Virus record (IMG/VR): IMGVR_UViG_3300029258_002996
Length of the DNA stretch: 64,000 bases
Direction: 5' to 3' (one strand)
DNA from: a virus
Shown piece after piece: positions 36,399-45,360 of the stretch; positions within the stretch are counted from its first letter, which is position 1, and each line of letters opens with the position of its first letter. Below the pieces are notes generated by a model. The model saw nothing but the letters and a program-made list of their open reading frames with translations. It was not told the origin of the DNA and did no database searches. The translations under genes were made by a program, and so were the position numbers.

Positions 36399-37552
36399 TT
36401 TAGATCTTTGATTCCGCGATAAGTGGAGACGTTGCGACCTGCTTCGTCCCAAATACCAGGATACGCAGCCCAAGTGTTGTACTCTTCCCACGTCGGTTTT
36501 CCCGTGAGAAGTCGATTGTCGTACCAGCTACTTCGAAAACAGTGAAAGTTCTCTGGAGTACATTTTATGACCAGGTACTTGTTCGTGGCATAGTGGCGTT
36601 TTCCCCGCCATTGAGTGCCATCAGCATAATAGTAGTAACCGTCTTTCGTGATCGATACGATTTTCCGACGATTCTCCTGATCTTCCGTTGCAGGAAACCA
36701 CCCCTTCGGAATACTGCCATCCGGCATCGAACAATGATCCGGCAATTCCAAGAATTTCTTAATCTCTCTCCACGGATCCGCAATCTGGGTACGTAGCTTC
36801 TCCAAATCAGGGTCGAGAGAATTGACGTTGAGAATAAAAGGTAAGGTGAACTCGTCCGCACCCACTTTCTGACGTAAGTTGTCGACTTTCGCCCGCATCC
36901 AATCGGCGTAGTCGACCCCGAGCTGTTCGAACTGCCCAATCCGGTCACAAACAGACCGATAGATCCCCAACACCTTCTTGGGGGCTTTCTTCTTCTTCAC
37001 CTTGGTCGACCACGAATGGTAGTGGGTTGGGTCGTTAGTCAAAAAATCACTGACAACCGGCAACCTGACGCGACCCATGTATTCGATCTGAAGCTGAATA
37101 AACTCCATCATGAAAAATGCGATGTCGTCCATTCGCTGCCGGGAACCGGCGTACTGACGAAGATTTTTAAAACGATTTCGGAACGCGGCATTTCCGGTCA
37201 GGAGCGACGGACGGTCGTAGTACTGATAATCCAACATACATAGGGACAGTACCAACAGGGTCTTCCAGTGAACGTCCGTCATCTCCGAAAAGTTCAACCA
37301 GTTGGTCAAGCTCTTCTTAAAGTAGTTGAACGTCCTTCTAGGGTTGTCCCCGTCGTGCCACGGATGCCCGAGCCCGGTGTACCCCCGGTAGGTCCAGAAC
37401 TTCCGAGACATCTCCAGGAAGCCCTCGAAACAGTCCCCAATGTGAAAATTGCGCTCAATGTATATCGGCGACAATCCCAACTCAGAAGCTGTGACGAGGG
37501 GCCTTCCGGTGCGGTCGGAGCGCACCATCGCATTCAGAGTTTGTTTGTCCAC
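36383..37552 (-). CDS. Hypothetical protein, possibly replication initiator
   Basis: 389-aa ORF directly upstream of the loader; function inferred from synteny only. Confidence 0.55.
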   Translation of the reverse strand: MDKQTLNAMVRSDRTGRPLVTASELGLSPIYIERNFHIGDCFEGFLEMSRKFWTYRGYTGLGHPWHDGDNPRRTFNYFKKSLTNWLNFSEMTDVHWKTLLVLSLCMLDYQYYDRPSLLTGNAAFRNRFKNLRQYAGSRQRMDDIAFFMMEFIQLQIEYMGRVRLPVVSDFLTNDPTHYHSWSTKVKKKKAPKKVLGIYRSVCDRIGQFEQLGVDYADWMRAKVDNLRQKVGADEFTLPFILNVNSLDPDLEKLRTQIADPWREIKKFLELPDHCSMPDGSIPKGWFPATEDQENRRKIVSITKDGYYYYADGTQWRGKRHYATNKYLVIKCTPENFHCFRSSWYDNRLLTGKPTWEEYNTWAAYPGIWDEAGRNVSTYRGIKDLKWRRP

Positions 37553-37553
37553 G

Positions 37554-39362
37554 TTACCTCAGATACTTGAGCAGCTCTTCTCTTCCCATTTCTACCAGTT
37601 TTTCGTTTTTCGTCGTCAACGCATCTGACATATTCTGCTTGGCCTGGATGGAATCTCTCGCCAGCTCGTCCACGGAGTTCGGCACGTCCAGGAACATCAA
37701 AGTTGCAGGCTTCGCCCGGATCCGCTCGATCCGCGAGGTCGGATTCTCCACGACGCGGCGATGGAGCCGGTCCAGGCTCTGCGTGTACAGCGTGAACGAG
37801 TACGGCCTCTCGATATAGATACCAGTACGGGCGCGGGCAAGCCAGTCTACACCTGAGCCTGCTTTTGCCGGAGTGGCCACTACGATTCGAGGATGATCCT
37901 CATTCACGAATTTCCAAGAAATCTCCTCTAACGATTCGTTGGAGACGCCTCCGTAGACCTTCACCGCTCCATAGAGCTTGTCGTAGCGTTCCTGGAGCAG
38001 CTCAACGGCCTTGCGAAATTCAGTCCAGACGACTACCTTTTGCTCCGGATCGGCGAGCAGCTCCTCCAAGATATTGTCCAGCTCGACGTACTTCGCCGAA
38101 TCCCCGCTTTCGTCGAGAAGAGCGGGGTGATTGAGCAGTTGGCGCAATCTGAGGGTCTGAGTCGCCGAGGACAGGAACTTGTCGATGTTGATTCTCGAAT
38201 CCTCCGGAAGCTGCGCAAGAATATCTCCGCAGATCACTCGATAAAGCGCTAACTGCTTACCCGAAAGATGAACGTTGCGAACCATGAACACCTTTTCCGG
38301 GAATCCGCGCATCTCGTCCTTGGTTCTGCGGATCGAGACCACCTCGATGAGCCGCTTCAGCTCGTCCAGGTTCTGATAGCCAGTGATTTTGTCGAACTTG
38401 CCTTTCTTTCCGTACTGAATCTGCTGTCGAACGACAAAGTGATTCTCGAACCTGGAGATATGCGGGATCACATCCTGGCTGAGGATCCGAAGTGCCACGT
38501 AAGAATTCATCGGGCTCTCGGGAACCGGCGTTCCAGTGAGCAGCAGAGCACGGGGACGCTTGTTGGCACGGTCCTTTGAATCCTGAAGAAGAGAAAGAAC
38601 GCACTGGGTACGCTTCGCTTCTACGTTTTTATACATGTGGAATTCATCGACAATAACCATGTCCCAGGTCATCGAACGAAGCAGTCGAGTGAGATCTCCA
38701 AAGACGTTCTTCTTGCCCTTCCCTCCTACCAGATTTTCCGGATGCACGAGGAGAACGTCGAAGTCGGAGTTCTTTTTCAACTGGAGCCATTCCAGCGCTC
38801 GTTTTCGACCAGCGGGAATGACCTCAGCCTTCAAGTATGTGTGTTTTCGAATCTCCTTGCTGAAATCGATATGAACCGTTCGCGGACAAATTATCAGAGT
38901 TTTTCCGACGAGGTTTCCGAGGGCAACCACTGTTGCCAACGCCTGGGCTGATTTTCCACAACCCATCTCATCAAAGATACCCCACCTGCGATTTCGAACC
39001 CCGAGGGCGACAGCGGTAACCTGGTCCTCGTACAGCTCACTTTTGAGCTTCCCTTCGAGATCTTGCTTGATACGCTGATTTTCGGCACCGCTCTTCAGAG
39101 ATTCGTTTATCCGCCGACATGAGTTCAGATACTCGATCCACTGGTACGCATCTTCGGTCATCGTGCGACCTTCGACGAGCCCGAGCATGTCGAGGTGATG
39201 GTGGAGAGTCAGGAAATCCTGATAGCTGACCGCCCACTTATTGTGGTCAACTTCGTAGGAAGAGAGCAACGAGCGCACGAGAATGTACGCCCGTTGATAG
39301 TAGGGGTAGTTCGGATCCAGCTCGACGTGAATCCGGTGACTCTCTACGGAAACGTCTATCAA
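37554..39362 (-). CDS. SNF2-like DNA helicase
   Basis: DEMGCGKS, VDEFH, LTGTP, IRRTK, KVVVW, QSLDRLHR. Confidence 0.92.
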   Translation of the reverse strand: MIDVSVESHRIHVELDPNYPYYQRAYILVRSLLSSYEVDHNKWAVSYQDFLTLHHHLDMLGLVEGRTMTEDAYQWIEYLNSCRRINESLKSGAENQRIKQDLEGKLKSELYEDQVTAVALGVRNRRWGIFDEMGCGKSAQALATVVALGNLVGKTLIICPRTVHIDFSKEIRKHTYLKAEVIPAGRKRALEWLQLKKNSDFDVLLVHPENLVGGKGKKNVFGDLTRLLRSMTWDMVIVDEFHMYKNVEAKRTQCVLSLLQDSKDRANKRPRALLLTGTPVPESPMNSYVALRILSQDVIPHISRFENHFVVRQQIQYGKKGKFDKITGYQNLDELKRLIEVVSIRRTKDEMRGFPEKVFMVRNVHLSGKQLALYRVICGDILAQLPEDSRINIDKFLSSATQTLRLRQLLNHPALLDESGDSAKYVELDNILEELLADPEQKVVVWTEFRKAVELLQERYDKLYGAVKVYGGVSNESLEEISWKFVNEDHPRIVVATPAKAGSGVDWLARARTGIYIERPYSFTLYTQSLDRLHRRVVENPTSRIERIRAKPATLMFLDVPNSVDELARDSIQAKQNMSDALTTKNEKLVEMGREELLKYLR

Positions 39363-39784
39363 AACCCGTCCCTCAGAAATTCTTCTATCTCGGACTCGCG
39401 CTTGTCCTTCTCGGAGACGCTCCCTAGCTCGACCACGCGACCCTTGAGTAGGGGGTAACCCCGTTGACCAACTCCCGAGACCTTGATGGTCTGGACGGAT
39501 GCCGAAGAGTCGACGTAGTAAAGAGCCTCGAACGTGCGGGATTCGTCCGGACCGACCCCAAGAAGCATCGTCTTGGCCGAAAACCGGATAGTGTCTTGAT
39601 CAGCCAGTTCCCCGGACCACAGATACCACAAAAAACCCTTCGTGGCTTCAGCCCGAGAAGTCAGGTACTTGCCATTTCCATCGTTCCAAGAACATTCGAT
39701 ATCATTCACCCAGGCACGGACGCTCTGACCTTCGCGTCTGCGACCAAAAGTCTTGATGTATCCGATCTGGATGATAACTTTCAT
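39359..39784 (-). CDS. Hypothetical protein
   Basis: 141-aa ORF with overlapped junctions. Confidence 0.7.
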   Translation of the reverse strand: MKVIIQIGYIKTFGRRREGQSVRAWVNDIECSWNDGNGKYLTSRAEATKGFLWYLWSGELADQDTIRFSAKTMLLGVGPDESRTFEALYYVDSSASVQTIKVSGVGQRGYPLLKGRVVELGSVSEKDKRESEIEEFLRDGF

Positions 39785-40743
39785 TCAGACGCCGTTTCGA
39801 TGGCGTGAGAGTAGTCGTCAAAGACCTTCCCAGGCTCCGCAGTCGGGGGCAGGCTCGCCTTCATCCAGCGAACCACGAGGTCCACGATGGACTTGGCCAT
39901 AGGAACCACCTGGTTTCCCGAAAATCCGGCTGGATCGAAATCTTGATACGAGAACTTTTCGTAGATGTGCGCCGGTTCCACTCCGTAGCGGAGTAGCATC
40001 GAAACCGCGATGGCCCAGCAATCGGCCAAGCCCGCCACGGTCGAACCCTCTTTGCCTACGTCGATAAACACCTCTCCAGGCGTTCCGTCCGAGAAGCAAC
40101 TCACCGTAAAGTAGCCTTCCGTATCCCCGAGCTTGAACTTCACGGTGCGACTAGGGCGCTCAGCGTCCAAAGAAAACCATCGGGGAGGGGGGCAACTCCT
40201 CGGAGAAGGTTTCCTGTAATAAATCCTATCTTCGAGCAGGAACTTAGGAGGATCGAACCTCTCAGGCTCAATAAGATCGCCCCCCTTCCCTGCAAAATGA
40301 GAGTCAATCTGCCGATCAATCTTGGACCAATCGTACCACTCCAGAATTTTATCGATCTCTTTTTTAACGATTTGCAGAGGAGCGATATCACCGTTCGAAC
40401 CACCCCTCAAAAACTCGATCAAATTGAAGATGGCGTTACGCTCTTGGATTTCAAGATCCTGTGATTCGAGAAACGCCATCACGTCAAGAGAACCCTCCGG
40501 GAGCGACGGTGTCCAGTGACCGGCTCGCATTCGAGCTTCCAGAACCCCCAAGTACCACTTGGCCTTGGCTACATCCTCGCGACCCCCCTTCTTCCGATGG
40601 CGACAGAGATACTTAACGATAGACCCCTCCGCAAATCCCAGACCCCACAACTCGATGAAGTCGATAGGCTGATAGATCCCGGAATAATGTCCCTTTTCAT
40701 TCCCCGGAGAGTTTCTGTCGATTTTCAAAACGTTTTTAGGCAT
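39781..40743 (-). CDS. DUF3310 domain fused to a class II ribonucleotide reductase C-terminal (TSCPD/NrdJb-like) domain
   Basis: HY..IDFI..KYLCR..KGG.EDVAKAKWYL; then GYFTV..DGTPGEVFI..GKEGST..SMLLRYGV..FDPAG..AKSIVD. Confidence 0.8.
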   Translation of the reverse strand: MPKNVLKIDRNSPGNEKGHYSGIYQPIDFIELWGLGFAEGSIVKYLCRHRKKGGREDVAKAKWYLGVLEARMRAGHWTPSLPEGSLDVMAFLESQDLEIQERNAIFNLIEFLRGGSNGDIAPLQIVKKEIDKILEWYDWSKIDRQIDSHFAGKGGDLIEPERFDPPKFLLEDRIYYRKPSPRSCPPPRWFSLDAERPSRTVKFKLGDTEGYFTVSCFSDGTPGEVFIDVGKEGSTVAGLADCWAIAVSMLLRYGVEPAHIYEKFSYQDFDPAGFSGNQVVPMAKSIVDLVVRWMKASLPPTAEPGKVFDDYSHAIETASE

Positions 40744-42310
40744 CTTCCGTCACCTTGTCCAAGAGGTTTTTCACCATTTTTTCGGCATACTGCATATTCT
40801 TCTCGTCCTGCTGATTGCGAAACGTTGAAGACGGATGAACGCAAACCGCCACTTTCGCCTCGATTTGCCCGATCATACCAGTCGGGCTCTCCAGTATTTC
40901 CCCGCAGTGCTTGCGCACACGGCTTCGATACGGCGTAAGCTGCATCATAGCCTCGTTCCCGAACGCAATAATAAACTTGGGGCGCAAAAGATCGATTTCG
41001 GCTCGTAAGTACCTGGAGCACGCCTTGATCTCTCCGAAAGTCGGCGGTCGGTTGTCCTGTGAGTAGCATTTGCAAGTGTTCGTGACCCAGCACTCGTCGC
41101 GAATGAGCCCGACGTTCGCCAAGAACTTTTCGAGACGACTCCCCGCAGGAGCCCCCGGAAAAAACGGTTTCCGATTTATCAACTCCTGCTCACCCGGGTT
41201 CCGACCGACGATCATGATCTCGCAGTTTTCGTGCCCCGAGGGAAGCGTGGGGCCGAATTCGGCACAATGCGACCTCAGCTCGCATTGGGCACACTCCAGC
41301 ATTGCATTATCGACTTCCAGCAGAGAGCCCCAGGAGGGCCTCTCAGACGGCGCGCAGTTCTCCATGTAGTTCACCATACCCTTCAGGTCGGCGGAGGACG
41401 TAGGGAGCAGCCTCTCTTGCTCAGCGTAGGATTTGCCGAACCGCTCGTACATCATCCGCACCCGGAAATCTTCCCGAGCGAGCGGCTTCTCGACCTCTTC
41501 CTTGAAAATGAGCATCTCGGCAGGGGAAAGGTAATAAATCGCCTCCCGCAGGGAGGGGATTTTCACAAGCCGATAGGTCTCGGCGATAAGTTCACCACTT
41601 TCCAGGATCCGAGCCGTGGTCTTGCGTTTCGACAGCTCTTTGATTTGATCCTTGTCAGGGAAGCACAAGGTACCGAGGTGCTCGTACTGCGCCAAGAGCT
41701 TTGCACCGGTCTTCGCCCCAATTCCCTTGACTCCAGGGATGTTGTCCGAAGCGTCACCCATCAACGACTTGAGATCGGCTACGCGCTCGGGCTCCACGCC
41801 AAAGGCGCTCTCGACGCCCTGCTCGTTGAACAAGGTGGAATGTAGATGATCGTAAACCAGGACCCGGGAGCTGACGAGCTGCCACAGGTCGCGGTCGCCG
41901 GTCGCAATCACTATCCGAGGATTTTGCCTGTTGTACAGGAGTGAGTAGTACTCGGAAAGCCACCCGAGCACGTCATCGGCCTCGACACCCGGAATAGTGA
42001 TCTGGCGAACCCCTACGGCGTTGAAGTAACGGCGGACGTAGCCCATCTGCTCTTTCACGAGCGCCAAGTCGACATCCTCGCGCTTCTTCTCCAGTCGGTC
42101 GGCCTTGTAGTCGGGGTAGATCAGCGAACGCCAGCGGGACTTTCCCCTGTCCCAGCAGATGACAACCTCTTGAGGACGGAAACGCTCCAGGATCTCGTAG
42201 AAGTAACGCACCACCTCCCCGGCGATACGGGATTCCTGGCTACTCTTGCGTTCGGCATAGGCCGCTCGCCAGACAAGAGGGTTTCCGTCTACCAGTAGAA
42301 CACACGGCAT
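40736..42310 (-). CDS. 5'-3' exonuclease/flap endonuclease fused to a family-4-like uracil-DNA glycosylase domain
   Basis: VDGN, YKADR, EADD, GDRD, GDASDNIPGVKGIG; then CxxC, IVGRNPG, PF, TNTCKC, C, HPS. Confidence 0.9.
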   Translation of the reverse strand: MPCVLLVDGNPLVWRAAYAERKSSQESRIAGEVVRYFYEILERFRPQEVVICWDRGKSRWRSLIYPDYKADRLEKKREDVDLALVKEQMGYVRRYFNAVGVRQITIPGVEADDVLGWLSEYYSLLYNRQNPRIVIATGDRDLWQLVSSRVLVYDHLHSTLFNEQGVESAFGVEPERVADLKSLMGDASDNIPGVKGIGAKTGAKLLAQYEHLGTLCFPDKDQIKELSKRKTTARILESGELIAETYRLVKIPSLREAIYYLSPAEMLIFKEEVEKPLAREDFRVRMMYERFGKSYAEQERLLPTSSADLKGMVNYMENCAPSERPSWGSLLEVDNAMLECAQCELRSHCAEFGPTLPSGHENCEIMIVGRNPGEQELINRKPFFPGAPAGSRLEKFLANVGLIRDECWVTNTCKCYSQDNRPPTFGEIKACSRYLRAEIDLLRPKFIIAFGNEAMMQLTPYRSRVRKHCGEILESPTGMIGQIEAKVAVCVHPSSTFRNQQDEKNMQYAEKMVKNLLDKVTEDA

Positions 42311-42384
42311 ACCCCTAATCTACCGAATTGGTCTTGAAAAATGATCTAAATTAGACAAAAACAGCCCAAACAAGGTGGAGATAG

Positions 42385-42702
42385 TCACTTTCCTCCCCGA
42401 TATTCCTCTGTAGTTCTCCAGCGGCGTTTTTCCCATACCCGATCTGCGCGTTCTGCCCGCAACTGATGGGCTATTGCAACCGCATCTGAAGATAAGCGGC
42501 ACCAATACGCACCACGTCTTCTAGAATCGAGATCTTCGGAGCAAATTCGCCCAAATTTCACAAAACCAGCCTTGTCCCATTCTTGGGCTTTCGAGAAATC
42601 CGCTCCGTTCATGTTGGCCCCGTCAACCGTGCCCCCGTAATCAGTGGCTCTAGTCTCGAAGTACAACAGTAAAGACTTCTCTTCTTTGGTCAATTCAGTC
42701 AT
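42385..42702 (-). CDS. Hypothetical protein
   Basis: 105 aa, GGAG RBS. Confidence 0.7.
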   Translation of the reverse strand: MTELTKEEKSLLLYFETRATDYGGTVDGANMNGADFSKAQEWDKAGFVKFGRICSEDLDSRRRGAYWCRLSSDAVAIAHQLRAERADRVWEKRRWRTTEEYRGGK

Positions 42703-42739
42703 TTTATTCTCCTTCTGGGGAGGAAATGTCCTCTTGTCT

Positions 42740-43141
42740 CTACTTCTTCGTCTTCTTGACCCCGTACTTGGAGCGTCCCTGGTTGCGCGGCATGATCTTA
42801 TCCTTCTCCTGTCGGACCCCCTCGCAGTCGGTGCGCCGCGCCCCCCGGATGACGTGGTACCGGACGCCCGGAAGATCCTTCACACGGCCCCCACGGATCA
42901 GGACGACGGAGTGTTCCTGAAGATTGTGATCGATGCCGGGTATGTAGCAAACCACCTCCTTACCGTTGGTCAACTTCACCCGGCAGCATTTACGATTAGC
43001 CGAGTTCGGCTTCTTCGGCGTCACCACGTAAACCCGAGTGCAAACACCTCGCTTCTGCGGGCAATTTCCCAACGCAGGGGACTTGCTCTTTTGGATCTTC
43101 TTCCTACGCCCGTGTTTCACGAGCTGCTGAATCGTCGGCAT
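42740..43141 (-). CDS. rpsL: Phage-encoded 30S ribosomal protein uS12, divergent
   Basis: [40 protein letters not shown]; AAGGAG RBS; no rpsG/fusA downstream. Confidence 0.97.
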   Translation of the reverse strand: MPTIQQLVKHGRRKKIQKSKSPALGNCPQKRGVCTRVYVVTPKKPNSANRKCCRVKLTNGKEVVCYIPGIDHNLQEHSVVLIRGGRVKDLPGVRYHVIRGARRTDCEGVRQEKDKIMPRNQGRSKYGVKKTKK

Positions 43142-43376
43142 CATGTCTCCTTCTTGCGGACTTCTCTCGTTCTCGCCGCTTGCTTATTGCGTATTTGGTT
43201 GCGCGTCGGAAGCTTGCCAGCTCCACCTTACAGAGATCCAGCGCATTGTAGATCTTAGCGTTGTGTACGCCCGCGTCGACCATCTCGGCAGTAGCGGCGT
43301 CCAAGAGCGCCTGGACACGTTTCGTCGCTTCCAATCGCCGCTCTGCATCCTCCCCGCCCCACTTGTACTTACTCAT
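43104..43376 (-). CDS. Hypothetical protein
   Basis: 90-aa ORF overlapping the rpsL start. Confidence 0.55.
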   Translation of the reverse strand: MSKYKWGGEDAERRLEATKRVQALLDAATAEMVDAGVHNAKIYNALDLCKVELASFRRATKYAISKRREREKSARRRHDADDSAARETRA

Positions 43377-43419
43377 TACAATCCTAACTTAGAAAACGCC
43401 TCACCGTGCTTTCGCATCA

Positions 43420-44505
43420 CTAAATGGGATCGACCCTCAGTGCGAAAGTGTCGTCGTTCTGAACGATCTCCTCGACTTCGCGAATGAACTCGTCAGGAAC
43501 GAGCTTCTTCGCTTTGGCCTCTTCCCACTTCTCGACATCGAGGGTGAAGCGCAGACAGTTCGAGGCCCAATCCTCAGCCGAGTTGGTAAGGAACTCCTCG
43601 ATCTTCTGAGTATCGCGCTTGATCGCAGGCTGCCCGGGGGTACGGATCAAGTGAGCCTTGTAACCGAACTCCTGAACGACGAAATCGCCTTTCTCGGGCT
43701 CGGACTCGGTACCATACTCGCGCACAAAACTCTCGATGGATCCGCGCTCCTCGCTGCTGACTTGTTTGAACTCTTTCTCGGCGGCGGACTTGGCCTTTTT
43801 CGCCTCTCCAAACCGCTTGATGCTCGGTTCGTAGCTCCTCAGAGCCGCCTCTTTCTTCTTCGCGCGTTCGGCTTCCTTGCGCTTGCTCTCCTCTTCTGCG
43901 GGATCCGTCTGGGGAGCCGCAGGAGGAATCACCGGAGGAGGCGGTGCAATCTGAGGGACCATTCCAGGCACCTCCAGAACACGCAAGCTGCCCTGGAGCA
44001 CGGCCTTTTCCGGAACCGCCCAGATAGCGCTGCCGCCGCGAACAGCGCAGAGCAGGGAAACGGAGCCATCCCCGGTCACTGAACGCTGTACCACCTTGGC
44101 CGGGGGGAGATTGTCGGCGGTCTGAGGACTCCAGTTTCCGGTCGCAGGATCCCTCCAGTAGAGGGTTCCAGTCAGCTCGATGATCGAGCCTTCCGGAATC
44201 TCCGTCAACTTCGGGGGAACCTCGACAGGAGCCGGAGTGATGGGCGGCAGCCCCTCTGCAACCGGAGGAACCGGACTATCTTCCGAAAGATTCTTCGCAG
44301 ACGATTCGGGCTGCTCACGTTCCGGCTTTTCCGGAGGGGAAATCTCCGGAGGAGCGGCTTCGGAAGAAGAACCTTCAGGGGAGGCAGAGTCATTCACCTC
44401 CTCCGAAAGCTCGATCCCCTCTTTGTGGACCTTCCCCATGTGAACCTTGAGACCGGCCACTGACTTGAAAGGTTTCTTGCAGATACTACAAACTTGGGTA
44501 GACAT
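43420..44505 (-). CDS. C2H2 zinc-finger protein with Pro-rich linker and C-terminal coiled coil (Gam/gp157-like architecture)
   Basis: CSICKKPFKSVAGLKVHMGKVH after AAGGAG RBS; charged helical C-terminus. Confidence 0.65.
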   Translation of the reverse strand: MSTQVCSICKKPFKSVAGLKVHMGKVHKEGIELSEEVNDSASPEGSSSEAAPPEISPPEKPEREQPESSAKNLSEDSPVPPVAEGLPPITPAPVEVPPKLTEIPEGSIIELTGTLYWRDPATGNWSPQTADNLPPAKVVQRSVTGDGSVSLLCAVRGGSAIWAVPEKAVLQGSLRVLEVPGMVPQIAPPPPVIPPAAPQTDPAEEESKRKEAERAKKKEAALRSYEPSIKRFGEAKKAKSAAEKEFKQVSSEERGSIESFVREYGTESEPEKGDFVVQEFGYKAHLIRTPGQPAIKRDTQKIEEFLTNSAEDWASNCLRFTLDVEKWEEAKAKKLVPDEFIREVEEIVQNDDTFALRVDPI

Positions 44506-44659
44506 GTTTCTTCTCTCCTTCTGCCCTACGATCCAGTCGAGAGCTTTTTCCGCGAAGTGCGAGACCACATCATCTACCATACCAAAACCCTCCTGTAAAC
44601 TTAGGATGGCAGTTTGTTCATACTACAGAGAGGGGAATCTCTTCCCCCAGAAACCCATA

Positions 44660-45259
44660 TCACTTTTTACTTCTCTGACTCCACCTACGTAGAACTGAAC
44701 GAGAAATTACATCTACAGCAAACGCAGTCATGGAGACCCCGGCAAGCTTCGCCAACCTCCTAAGCATATCGTGGATACTTTTCGGAATCGGCAACAACAT
44801 ATTCTGAAACTCTTCAGGTTCGTACAGAACGCCGGTCAACTCCCATGAACGCCGGGAGCCGGATTCAAAGCCCCGAACTACTCCAAGCTTCCTCAATATT
44901 CGTAGGTTATTCCCAAGCTCCTTGGGAGACGGGATTTTTTCGTTCATCTTGAAATAGTGGGCGATTGCCTCCTCGATGAATTTTCTATCCTCGGCGGAGA
45001 CTTCTTTCCGACTACCGATCTTGCGCCGGTCGACGCCTTCGTAACGCTTTTTCCAGATGGTGGAATAGTAAGTGTTTAATTTTTCGATAAGCACGTCCAT
45101 ATCATTCGCAGAAACTCTTCCGGAATGACGGCGCGTACACATTTTGAAGTAGTGCGCTAGCATTTCGGACGATAGGAACTCCTCATCATAGAGAATTTCC
45201 ATCGCCCAAATAATTAGGATCCGCTCTACGTTTACTCTGTCGATACTTTTTCGGGTCAT
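44660..45259 (-). CDS. Putative transcription regulator (winged-helix plus ribbon-helix-helix-like C-terminus)
   Basis: LRILRKLGVV..; MLLPIPKSIHDMLRRLAKLAGVSMTAF. Confidence 0.55.
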   Translation of the reverse strand: MTRKSIDRVNVERILIIWAMEILYDEEFLSSEMLAHYFKMCTRRHSGRVSANDMDVLIEKLNTYYSTIWKKRYEGVDRRKIGSRKEVSAEDRKFIEEAIAHYFKMNEKIPSPKELGNNLRILRKLGVVRGFESGSRRSWELTGVLYEPEEFQNMLLPIPKSIHDMLRRLAKLAGVSMTAFAVDVISRSVLRRWSQRSKK

Positions 45260-45285
45260 CTACTTTCTCGCTACAGCTACTACCA

Positions 45286-45315
45286 CATATATACCAGAAT
45301 AGTAGATCCTGTCAA
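45286..45315 (-). promoter_or_regulatory. sigma70-like promoter TTGACA-N16/18-TATATA/TATATG
   Basis: Perfect -35 in an intergenic gap. Confidence 0.55.
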
Positions 45316-45360
45316 TAGTTACAAAAAGGTGATCGCTGAAATTAAAAGGCATTTTCTCGT

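Noticed and set aside
42740-43141. Bacterial chromosome (str operon) interpretation of rpsL, tig, recA, dnaX
   Set aside because: Normal operon partners (rpsG/fusA, clpP/clpX, recX, ybaB/recR) are absent, and the neighbours are phage genes on one strand
44632-44647. Hairpin GGGGAA-TCTC-TTCCCC as a terminator (also GAAATCCT..AGGATTTC near 46334)
   Set aside because: Short stems without a convincing U-tract on the coding strand
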